In this document: piece after piece, positions 26,480-37,356 of the stretch | How positions within the stretch are numbered: position 1 is the first letter of the stretch | Layout of the letters: each line of letters begins with the position of its first letter | DNA from: Pavona decussata | Lineage: Eukaryota | Reading direction: 5' to 3' | Length of the DNA: 64,000 nucleotides | Assembly: GCA_977016875.1 (NCBI GenBank) | Contig: CDRNST010000033.1 | Location: forward strand, 434,001-498,000 | Notes under the pieces: generated by a model | What the model saw: only the letters and a program-made list of their open reading frames with translations | Told to the model about the DNA's origin: nothing | Database searches by the model: none | Made by a program: the position numbers and the translations under genes

Positions 26480-27362
26480 TAAATATTACAGGGACTGGGA
26501 GTAGTGATTTCATTTGAGTTCAATTGCCCTTGGATGATATTAGTTTCCTCAACAACAGTACATTACGCTAACCTTGTACAGTAACTTTGCTTTTCAGAAC
26601 ATGAGATGAAAATGAGTCTGTTACAAAAAAATGTTTAAATGTGAAGAAGCTTAGTGCTGTAAATTGAGGAATCAACGTTGTGGAAATAAACCAGTTTGTT
26701 ACTGTTACCAGCGATCCTGAGCTCTGTCTGGGAGCATCCCTGCTCTGCATTGACATGCAATTTCTAAAACAGTATTTTAATTAAGATATGTCTTCCTCTT
26801 CACTCCAGAAGAGAGTGTCTTTGGATTCTTCTGATGAACCGAGGTCTTCAGAAGAGTCTTCCTTTACAACATGTTTGGGTGGTCTTAGATTGTAGACTGG
26901 GCTTTTGGTTTGGCCGTCGCCTCTTTGCCTAATCCCAGAGCTGTGGAGGGGTCATAGTCCTCCACTGTTGACCCTTAGTTTATATCCTGAGGAGCTTCCT
27001 GAGAGAGGGAAGTTCTCTTGACTGTCTACCCCTATCCTTTCGGTGTCTTGAATTTTTTCTTCGGAGAGTTCCACATTTCTTTTGTCACCTTTCTTTCTAC
27101 CAAATCTTCCACTATTTAAATCGTTTCCATCTTCTTTTTTTCTGTATTTTCAAGGGCTGTTAGAATAGCATCTCTATCAATGATTTCTTCCGTCATTAAC
27201 TTTATCAAGTGAGTATTAAATTTCATAAGTTGTGTTTTTGCGACCTGATTCTGTCTCTTAACTGTATCGATGACGTCCTCATTTGCATCAGCGTTGTTCA
27301 AAACATTTCTTGTCATCTTCAGCATTCCTCTTGAAACGTCCACAGAAGAAACCTCGCTCTGC

Positions 27363-27440
<78 letters not shown>

Positions 27441-28020
27441 CATCATTACTTTTATTATTGCTGTTGTGATTTTTTATTAGTAGGAAATGTACCTCAGTCT
27501 ATACCTTGTGGTGCTTTATTTACCGGTAGTGCGACCACAGAGTTTAATTTCCCTGTAGTTTTCGTTACCAAGTATATAGTTTGCCTACGATAACAGATTT
27601 TTGTCCAGGATATTTTATTCAGACTCCCACGTGTTTTACTCAGAGCCTTCCTCGTACCACTTTACCAAATAAAGTAGGTCTTCAGACTACAATAATAACA
27701 ATTAAAACGGAAGCTATCAGTCCATGAGTTATTTGCTTCAGAATGTCATGAAAGAACTTTAATCCACACGCTCCAAAAATCACTTTCAAGATACTTACCT
27801 TACATTGTTTTTCATGCAGACCAACCTCTCAGCCTTAAAAACCCTTGGTAAAGTGTGCGACCCTAGTTTACTTGTACAAAAAAAGTCAGCAGTTGAGAGG
27901 CGATTCAAATCGGAATAATCGTTTTTGCTTAGTTTTGCATGGGGCATTTTTGCCTTTTGAAAGCTTTTAGCTTTAAAACACGAAGCAGAACAAAGAAAGC
28001 CTCTCGCACTCCGCGCAATT
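26480..28020 (-). mobile_element. Putative Helentron/Helitron2 terminal fragment
   Basis: aagaaacctcgctctgcta (27346-64) is followed by (TAT)n. A related aagaaagcctc..cgcactccgcg stem-loop lies at 27992-28020 (DINE-1/HINE-like layout). A decayed minus-strand ORF ends in a degenerate KLIxSxxIEL (2A-like) segment. Confidence 0.4.
27363..27440. repeat. (TAT)n microsatellite
   Basis: About 26 perfect TAT units. Confidence 0.97.
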
Positions 28021-28129
28021 ATCAGGCAGCCAAGAAGGCCTGGTTCTACCTTTTAACCAGTCAGGTTGAAGAACAGAGATTGATGGCACTAATCTACGCC
28101 CTACCCCCACAGGAATTTTTTGTTGACCG

Positions 28130-29530
28130 CCAACGTGACGTTTGGACCAGAACATCGCCGCCTTACCTTTGTGTTCATATAGCTTTTGGAGTTCCTCTTT
28201 TAAGTCTTTGTATATTCTTAATTCGCAATCGATGTCTTGTAGGTTCTTGCTTTTGAAAATTTTGACATCTAAATCAGCTAATAGTTTCCCAACTTCAGAT
28301 TTGCACTTATTTATTAATTTACACTTTCCTCTTGTGAACGCAGTAGTGATCGATCTGATTTCCGTTTGTAAAAGTTCCCAAAATAACCATTTGTCTTGAA
28401 CGTTTTTAAGTTTCTCTCTTAACTTTGGGTATATCTTCTGGATGTTCTCAAGGTATTCCTTGTCATCCAGCAATGTATTATTAAATTTCCAAAAGCCAGG
28501 CCCCCTCCAGGTGTTTTTAGGCAGATCGAGCAACATGTAAATTGTTTTGTGATCTGGAGCGATTGACGCCTAAATGTCCACTGTTTTAACATACTTTTTC
28601 AGCTCTTTCGATATTAAAAAGAAATCAATGATTGATTTTACATTCAAAGCTTTTGATGTATAAGAAAATTTGTTTATGTTGGGGTAGCGTTTCCTTTGAA
28701 TATCAGTGAGATCAAACATATCCATTGTTATTAAAATTGCATTTCTAAAGTTTGTAGCTTTCCATGACAATCCACCTTTTTTGTCAAGGTACAATTCCAG
28801 TCCCCCCCCCCCCCCCCCTATAGTTAGTGTCGTAAGTTCTGATCTTTCGATCAAACAATTATTAAGACCACACACATTGAGCGACAAACATGCAATTTTT
28901 CATGCTTGATCTGATTCATAAATACTGAAGCTACAGCAATCAAACTCTGATTTATGAACGCTGACTTTAGAAAAAATTAAAAAAACAGACAGAAATACTC
29001 AATTCCAATAAGGAGCATTCCTCTGCGTTTTTGTAGTAAGATCTTCCCTGCATAAAGCTCAAAGATTATCTAAGTCCTTTACAGAGTACATTCTTACTGG
29101 TGCGCCAGAGGGTGACATTTTCACAAATATCTTTCCATCCACAGTCCACACACAGTAGTAGTCTCTTCTTTCTCGTATCATTGGCTTTCTTCACAATACT
29201 TCGATGATATGCCGTAAGATGTTCGTTTTAAAACAAAAGACGATTCTCTCCACCAATTGAAAAGGCGTAACTCATTGCTGGAAAAAGATTGGATACTTTC
29301 AAATTCTTTAACTTAACTCGCTCTTTTTATAAATTAAATTTAACCTTGTGGCTTACAAATTTAACGATTATTGGAGTATAACGAGCATTTAGCTCATGTG
29401 AAATCTTGTTGTCTTCCAATTTAATCAGTACATTTAAGGCTTCTCCTAGCTTTAAAACTACTTCTTCAGTGCTGGTATAAGCATTCGCAGAAACTCCATG
29501 AATTTTGTTCTAGGTAATCCAATTCCTCCC
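28130..29530 (-). mobile_element. Tx1/L1-like LINE fragment: ORF1 C-terminus plus ORF2 endonuclease
   Basis: ORF1 PIIVKF..NEHLTAY..VWTVDGKIFVK; ORF2 LSLNVCGL, IDFFLIS, PDHKTI and GPGFWKFNNTLLDD. Confidence 0.82.
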
Positions 29531-29539
29531 TTTAGTGTC

Positions 29540-30140
29540 TCGACTCTTCAATTTCATCTTAGTGCTGTTCACCATGCTCCTGGTGTGGGATACTGCACAA
29601 CACCATTCCTTCGCACACGACATAGAGTTTGTCGGAGTCAAAGCCTTCTCCAATAGGAACAATTTGTGCTTGCACAAAAATGGCAAAGTCATCATCAACT
29701 GAAGCACCTCTCTGTAAAAAACCAAAACGAAAGATGAGTCACCTTACTACATGCAATTGACCAAATTAAACTACATACAAGTACTAATAACATAATGATG
29801 AACACTGGAAGCCAGGTATAGATATAAAAGCCTCCAAAGAACAGGGAAGTTGTTACTGATGGCTGCTGAGTGATCGAATGCCAACAACAAAAAAAGTCGG
29901 TGCGAATAAAGTCATTGATAACTATCAATGTTAAAGACCATCACATGGCATACTTACAGACATTTTATGTAGTCTGTTCGCCTCAGGCAACTACTCTATC
30001 CAGTGACCAGTTGAAATAAACTGCTCAATACTGTTTACCTAGCTATAAATGTTGGCAAGTTTAGGCTTGATTAATTTTTGTCTATGTACCTTACTGGTAA
30101 AGACTCTTGATAATACTCTTCGTAAATTGCAGATAATCAG
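29540..30140 (-). pseudogene. Short spliced exons resembling an EnSpm/CACTA-associated SAMD3-like protein
   Basis: AG-flanked exon reading QAQIVPIGEG..LYVVCEGMVLCSI, with upstream GT donors near 29956 and 30089; family call from recall only. Confidence 0.3.
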
Positions 30141-30575
30141 TAACTTGGCATCAGACGAAGAAAGAAAAGAAGTCTTTGTATAAGTTGGGATCACAAAAAC
30201 AATACCCAGAGCAAGGACAAATTTTTACAGCAGTTTTTTTCCAGATTTAAAAAAAAATTGTGTTCTTCAACAGTAATTGGGCACACCCTGATAGTGATAA
30301 TTATAAGAGCACTTTCAATCTGACCAAAAAATCAGAAAATCCCTGAATGGGAAGTTCCCACAAAATCAGATAAATGTTGATTTTCCCAAATGCTTACCAT
30401 TCAGCCAAAAATTCCTAAAGCAGAATAAAATGGTAAATGAACAGGGTTCCAAACCTATTTCATTATCTCAAAAAACTGTCAATAGTTTCAGAAGTGCAAC
30501 TCACACAAAAAAATGTTACATTTTCACAAAAGTAAGCATTAATTACTAGATAATTATATTTACAGTTATGGCTTA

Positions 30576-30913
30576 GGGTGTGTTTACTTAATACCGGAGA
30601 ACCTTTCATTCCAGTACGAGATGCAAACTTATATCGTCTTTACACAAACTGTTTAAGGTGGTGTAAGTTTTATTTCGCGATTAAATCTTTACAACTGAAA
30701 AGAATATAAAACTAACAGTCAAACTGCATTTCCATGATACCAGAATGAGTTTTCGTACTGGAATGAAAATCTCATCCCTGCACAACAACAGAGATGAAGT
30801 CAGTCCCGTGTGAGATCGATCAGTATAAAGTAAACAAATACAGAGCCGCAACAGGGAACCAGGATGAACTCATACACGTGTGATAATCAGAACGGTATTG
30901 TGTAAACACCTCC
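30576..30913. mobile_element. Harbinger-type MITE
   Basis: Inverted ends gggtgtgtttac..taccg and cggtattgtgtaaacacctccc; non-coding. Confidence 0.5.
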
Positions 30914-31010
30914 CTGAATTTTAATGGAAGTTTACAAGTAAAGCCAAATTAATGTTTGCATAATCCCTTTCTTTGGCCTCACTGTATTTGAACACTCACA
31001 TTTGTTACAA

Positions 31011-32341
31011 TCAACTATTGTCCTCATCTTGAAAACCATGATATTGGCCATCCACACTGGGAAACTCTTTTCTTATTTTGTGATACGCACAGCAAGGCAA
31101 TGGATAGCGTCTGGAGCTCCCCATGAAGTCCCATAGAAGTCGGGTAAATTGACGATATGCAACTGACCTCAGGAACCTAACAAAACAATTTAGTAAAAAT
31201 TAGAATTATTTCTTGCATTCTGTTAGCAAAAAATATTCCAGGAGATGTTCGATCGTTTCAATTTCCACAATATCCCAAAACATATAATGAGATTAATCCT
31301 TGCTCGAAAATCTCGTTGGAGAGATGTAACAACAATAACTGTGAATATTCCTGTTCTAAAAGTTCAGAGGACAAGAAGACTTATGCACATAAAATTATAT
31401 CATAAGTGAAATGACCAATGCCCATCTTGCAGAACACCCAGCCATGTACTTATTTGCACTGCACTGAATGACAATACTCAATAATGGCTTTTGCTAGATC
31501 TCTTATTCTATAAAGAGATGTGACACATGCAGTGAAAATACACAAGACTGCACAAAATACAAAAAGAATAAGTCAAGTTACTCTGCTTCACCTCTTTGTC
31601 CATCAACAAACAATTTTTGTGTAAGATTTTCCTGTCCTTGTCTTCAGCCCAATGCGGCTACTTCCAGGACATACTTGTTCAAGCAAACATCTTGGAAGCC
31701 AGGATGCGAAGTTATACAGCTTGTTTCCTTGTTAAATGTTCCCATCACTTCTCCACAACGATCGATTCCTTAACAACAAATACACTCTTACAGCTTACAT
31801 GCAAAATCAACTGAGCAATTGGAACACGTGCACATGACCAAGTGAAACAAATATGAAAGATTTGAGTTGGATGCTCAGTTCGGATATTGAACAACAATAA
31901 GGGAAACTGCCATAAAGAGAACCTATTGGAGTACAAGGAAAATAGAGAGCCAGAGATTGAAAAAGGTGTTGTTCCATGTCCCTAGTTACCCAACAGTAAA
32001 TGTAAATAAACGAATCATTTACGGCAATAATAAACCCCTTAATCAGCTCAAAATTTATAAGAACCTTTTCAGTTCGAACTAAAATACAGTTTTGTTAATT
32101 CTTACCATGAATTGATGTCCACTTCCCGATCGAATCTTGCTCTAAGCTGTTCTTCCTCTTCAGCTTCTCGAGTCATGCTAGCTTCGTATTCTGCTGCCTC
32201 TTCTGATGTAGCTAACGATTCCAGACTATCGTTGTACGGTACAACTCCCCATGATTCGGCGACTTGTTCATCAAAACTAGACTCTGCATCGCTTTCTGAT
32301 GAACTTGAGGAAGATATTGCCGGCGAAGACGGTGAAGACAT
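31011..32341 (-). pseudogene. Kolobok accessory gene with a P2X7 C-terminal (ballast)-like Cys-rich domain
   Basis: Three exons (32341-32106, about 31833-31582, 31176-31011): WCTCSNC... and FLRSVAYRQFTRLLWDFMGSSRRYPLPCCAYHKIRKEFP...YHGF. Kolobok-like end TTAA|AGTGCCACTACGAC at 32634-38. Confidence 0.78.
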
Positions 32342-33776
32342 GCCAAAACGTAGTGGAGAATAGCGCCTAATCGCTCTGAAGAGATGTTTCGTTGAGTCCC
32401 TGACGTCACTAGTCAAGTCATGCGTTAGTCCGCAGACCAGTAGAAACGTGGGGTTGGATTTGTGAAAACAGTAATGGCCGACAGATTATTCGTGTTTTTC
32501 GGCCAGCTATTTTAGCGCCGGGTGAGCATATATCGATCAAATTTATAGCAATTCACCTTTTTTTGAACATGTTAATTAATGTGAGGTTAAAAAATACCGA
32601 AAAGAAACGCATCAATATTCGTCGTAGTGGCACTTTAAAAGGTAGTAAAAGCCTCTAGGTTAACGTAAAAATGTATAATCCTAATAAATACATCGTGTAA
32701 TAATTTGTTTTACCCTGTATGTACGCAAGTAAAAGTTATTCGCACTGTTTGTTCCGTCGCATGAAAAGACATCGAATCCTCCTACAATGCATTGCACACC
32801 CATCCTTACGGCATGTCATGACCATTTGGTGTAGAATTTTTTGTAGTGAGCAGAAGCAAGTGGCGTAAGTATTCCATAAAGCGGTGACAAACAAGAGCTT
32901 ATACACATCAAAGATGTAGAGTACAATAATTATTTGTTGGGAAAAACCTGAGCCGTAGCCAGACAAAATTTGTCACCGAGGCAATGTGTACAAGTAACAC
33001 CTTTTTCATTTGTTATTTTTTAATGTACAGCCTCTTAAAGGAAAGTCAAAAAATGCTACGCCTCTGTGAAACTACACAGCCTGCTTTCATTTTTCGAAAG
33101 ACACACACACAAGAAAACGTAAATTCAAAAATTTACCAAGGCAAGTGCCTTGGTTTGCCTCATGCTAGGTACGACCTAGAAAACAGTAACTCAACCTCTC
33201 CCAGATCAACAAAACTTGCCTTGCAAGGTGCTAATGCTATAATTTGTTGGAAGAGATGTGAAATGGTACTTTTCGCCTTAATTGTAACAAATGACCAAAT
33301 GCCACGATTATACCGTTAACTATCATAATCAAAAATAAAATTTCAAGCTGAGTAGCTTCCTTTACAAAAGCTATTGGCGGTAACCGTATTTTTCGAAAAA
33401 CTACGAATAATAACCCAAAGAAAGCTATCAATTCCACTTAACTATTGATAAGGTCACTAAAAACTCATGATTACAAGCGACTTCTTTGAAAAACTGGAAA
33501 AGAAAACATTGTATAAGGTTAGGCGAACCAGCAAATATAAATTCAACTGGTTTGAATAAACATCACAGACAAAAGTGAGTTTAAGCATAACGTTTACATC
33601 AACAGGAAACGGCAAAAGTCGACTATGATTTTTCTTCCTTTTCTTCTGACCCTTGAAACAACACAGTACAAAGAATGGGGAAAAATCTCTTAATCTTGAG
33701 CACATAAATGGCGAAGAAAAAGATTGTTAAGTCCAATGTTTGCCATTTGCCGTAAATGGCCTAGAAGAAAACTGTT

Positions 33777-33990
33777 TCAAGCTGGACGAATGACCCCATC
33801 AACAAGAGCTCCAGTGACATCAAGGCCATAAACTGCACGATCCTTATAATACCATATGTAAACAACATCTTTCTTCTCCTCAAAACGTTGAACCTCTCCC
33901 TTGTACCAGCCTGGTTTCCAATTTGTACCTTGTAAATCTTTCTCATTCCACAAAACCTCTAACGTATGACTGACTGCAAAAGTCTCCCTG
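33777..33990 (-). pseudogene. Tudor-like C-terminal domain fragment of an unidentified gene
   Basis: LEVLW..WKPGWYKGEVQRF...VYIWY pattern ending in a stop; no upstream ORF. Confidence 0.3.
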
Positions 33991-34424
33991 CCTTTCACTT
34001 CGCCAGTGTGATCTCAAGTTTTGCTAGTGGTCGCTTCTCTCTCTGTGGACATTTCAAAACCTTGTGGTGCTCTTCGAGTTTTAAAACCTTTTTCTTTTTG
34101 GCTAAACTAAATTTTGCCCTTCGCAAATTTTTGAAAAAGTCTTAGTTTCCTGTGTAATTTTGTATGTTGAATAATTTATAGATCTAGCAAACCTTAACTC
34201 CGTAAAGTAAAATAAATCGCTCTTTTTTGTTTAAAAAAAATGTTTCTAGTATGGAAATCCTTCCGTCAGAGCAGATGGTCCCCCATTTGAAAACACATTA
34301 AAATGACAAAAAAAAAAACGAAAGAAAATAATACACTAAAATAACATCTAAGTCAGGCCTAAACCTCAACTTCCATCTTTCGGTCATGACGAGAACCTTG
34401 GGGTCAAGGTACTAATTTATACGG

Positions 34425-35530
34425 TCAGTCATCTTGATTTTTTCTTTTTTTCTTATTCTTCATCGTAGTGGACGTAGCTGCGGCTCTTAATTGCTCGTTT
34501 CTATTCAGCCTTCTGTGCTGTCCACTGTTCGAACTTGTTTGCATCATGGATCTTGCCCAAACTAGCGTTTTGGCGATGGAACCTTCATTTGTCCTTCTAC
34601 TCGAAGCACTTGAACTATTCTCAGAGGATCCTTTTCCCAGAGGTTTCGTATAGCAAGGCCCTTGAAGAGGCGGGTTTGAAAACACTCTTCCATAGGCGTG
34701 AGGAATTATGTAGCAGTCTGTTTAAACAAATAGTAGAGAGTGACCAGCATAAACCAGCTAGCCTGCTGCCCGCGCACAATGACAGTGAGAGATATAATTT
34801 CAGAACTAGGCGTATGTTTTCAATCCCGCATGTGAAAAAAAAGAGGTTTGGAGACACCTTTATGACATACTTTGCAAGTAAAGAGCAATTGTAGTTAGTG
34901 TAGTTAAGATTTTTATATTTTGAAATTTTAAACATGATGTATGTAACGCAAGTAATTCAGCTTATAGCTGCAAGTTGTGTTTTTTTTTATAAACGATTTA
35001 TCTATCTTCTCCACACTAAACAACATGTCTGATGCCTCCTTAAGGAGTCCAACAGCCCGCTTTAATTTCTCCTCGTCCATAACTTTAACAAGAGCAAGAA
35101 ACAGTGCCCTATGGCTGCACTATGATCATCTTTTCCAAGATGACGGCTTTAAAAACGCAGGAAGTTCCAGTAGCCGCGGATTTTATTTCTCGCCCCAGAC
35201 CCCAAGATTGAACAAATGAGTGCGACCAACATTGAATGAATATGAACGGATTGAATTGAATGGATATACCAGGATAAATTGAATGAATATGAACGGATTG
35301 AATTGAATGGATACATACGGATTGAATTGAATGAATATGAATGGATTGAGTTGAATGGACATGTACGGATTGAATTGAAGGAATATTGCATGAACAAATT
35401 GAATGCATATGAACGGATTGAATTGAATGAGGAAAAAAATTGAATTGAATGAAAACTTTTTGGTAAAATTAATTGAATGAAATTTGGAGGATTTAATTGA
35501 ATGAATATAAAAATATTAAATTAATGTAAG
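34425..35530 (-). mobile_element. Probable IS3EU-like terminal remnant: 24-bp subrepeat array plus first exon
   Basis: Tandem attgaattgaatg(a/g)atatgaacgg units at about 35230-35430. ATG at 35080 (MDEEKLKRAVGLLKEASDML..VE) continues at 34620 after the LINE insert. Layout mirrors the 18805-19344 end. Confidence 0.4.
34623..35006 (+). mobile_element. L2/CR1-type LINE 3' end
   Basis: RILFPEVSYSKALEEAGLKTLFHRREELC..RFGDTF, then 3' UTR and tatc tail; ttctc repeated at both junctions. Confidence 0.8.
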
Positions 35531-35596
35531 GATTAAATTAAATGAATATAGTGTTATTAAATATTGCTACACTTGGCTCGCCATATATATCAAGTA

Positions 35597-36210
35597 CCTT
35601 GCACAAAGACAAACGATCACCAGCATCTGCTGCCGGACTACTTTTCCTTTCATTTTGCTCTGGAAAAGAAGCGCCTTGCTGACCTCCATCTAAATCAATA
35701 GCTTCAGTTGTCTGGTGCCTGTTTCCACAAGCAGCAGGTTCGTTGTCAGATTTGTCATCATCACCGTAGATTATAACTTCCAGATGATTGATTCTTTCTT
35801 CCGTAGGGGAATCCGCAGCGGACCTCTCACATGCATCATGTATAGGAAAGTGCACATGGGGGCAGCTAGTTTTATATTCTTGGGGATGCTTAGTTACAGT
35901 TGTTGATAAATTGTCACGAGAACTTGCCCTTCTGTCTTCTCTGCAACATTTAGCAGCAGCATTGGGACCTTCGATAGTATCTTATCTGGGACGCTTCCTA
36001 TCTGCTTTGGCAGAACTTACACCTGGATCTTCACTTGCATCTTTCCTAGGACACTTTCTGCCTGTTTGAGTGGAATTAATATTCGAAGATTCATCAGCAT
36101 CATCTAGGCTTGCAGCTGCTTGTTGCTTAGTACCAGAATCGATGGGATTTGTTCTTGAATCTGCATCTTCCGCGCACTGGGATGTTGTCTTTTTACTAGT
36201 CATCTCACAG
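35597..36210 (-). pseudogene. Isolated low-complexity exon with one internal stop; parent gene unknown
   Basis: AG acceptor near 36211 and GT donor near 35596; about 200 codons open except a stop at 35982. Confidence 0.35.
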
Positions 36211-36586
36211 CTACAAGGACAATTAATTAGCCTGAACCTTTTTTCTAAGAAACCAAATGTTAAACCTTATGCCTAATTAACTCACTGCCATGTGGCACGA
36301 GGATCAAATTTCATCGAAATTTTCGAAATTTTTACCTTCAGGTTTGTTTTTCGAGTAATCTTTAATTCGCAGCTAGGATATTTTATTCGACAATTAGAAA
36401 TTCTAGCTATTCTAGACCAAAGGAGGGCTGTTTCTTTCATCCAGTAAGTTGTCAATTTTTACTGCACATTGGGTTAATAATTAACAATATGCTAATTTGT
36501 GAAGTAATTTTATTCGTGGAAAACACGTGGCCGTTATTGGGTTAAAAGTATTTAATGGAAAATGAAACTTGATTGAAAACTCAAGG

Positions 36587-36725
36587 TGGGTCTTTTGGTC
36601 TCTGGGTCTTCAGGGTCTCTGGGTCTTCTGGGATCACTGGGTCTCTGGGGTCTCCAGGTCTGTAGGTCTCTAGGTCTCTAGGGTCTTTGCCTCTCTGGGG
36701 TCTCTTGGTGGTTCAGTCTCTGAGC
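36587..36725. repeat. Degenerate (GGGTCTCT)n repeat
   Basis: Repeated gggtctct/aggtctct units. Confidence 0.7.
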
Positions 36726-37356
36726 CAAAAATCAAGAGAGTTGATCATAGTAAGTTGCTTAGAGCGACTTTTCCGGTTAAATTATGTTAACGAAAGTATC
36801 CTCAGAAATAGGCGCTTTAAGGTGGCTCACAACCGTTTCTGACTACATGCATTTACAGGCAATGTTATAGGTCAGATTATAGGTCATGCAGCTAACACAA
36901 CCTTTAAATGTGTAAGAAATGCAACAAACATGATTCTTGTTCGGCTTCGAGAGCACTGTTATAGAGATCTCACCCCTCAAAGTCTAACTTTATTTGTCAA
37001 TTAAGAATCACTGACCACGATATTTTTCACAATGATCATGGAAACGAGCTACGTTTACCATGAACAACAAAACCACTCACGTTGAATATAACCAATGAAA
37101 TTAATTCATTTTTCAAAACTGAAAAAGCTTAGTTTAAAAAATGCACCAAGTAATTGAATGGTGTCAACTGATTTAATTGCCTTTGGAAAATTTTGTCTGT
37201 AGTATTAAAGCAAGAAACCTCTGAATTTTTAACGAGCACAAAAGAACAAACTTGTTCTCTGTTGACAAAAAAAGAGAAAGAGAGAAGTAGTTTACTCCGT
37301 TATTTTGCAACAATAATGAGCAATACTCAATACTTAATCACTGACTGAGCAATTAA

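Noticed and set aside
27116-27343. BEL/Gypsy gag start after a tRNA primer-binding site
   Set aside because: No TG..CA LTR, no CCA complement and no downstream gag or pol motifs.
27270-27593. Poly-Tyr and poly-Ile ORFs
   Set aside because: Artefacts of the (TAT)n microsatellite.
32736-32966. Cys-rich CXC-like tail of an Academ transposase
   Set aside because: Cys spacing fits only partly and there is no supporting upstream motif.
35109-35408. HSIQS-repeat ORFs
   Set aside because: Translation of a 24-bp tandem array.
36817-36845. Additional TTAA|GG Kolobok-like termini (also near 50190-50225)
   Set aside because: No matching opposite end was found, so element boundaries are unsupported.
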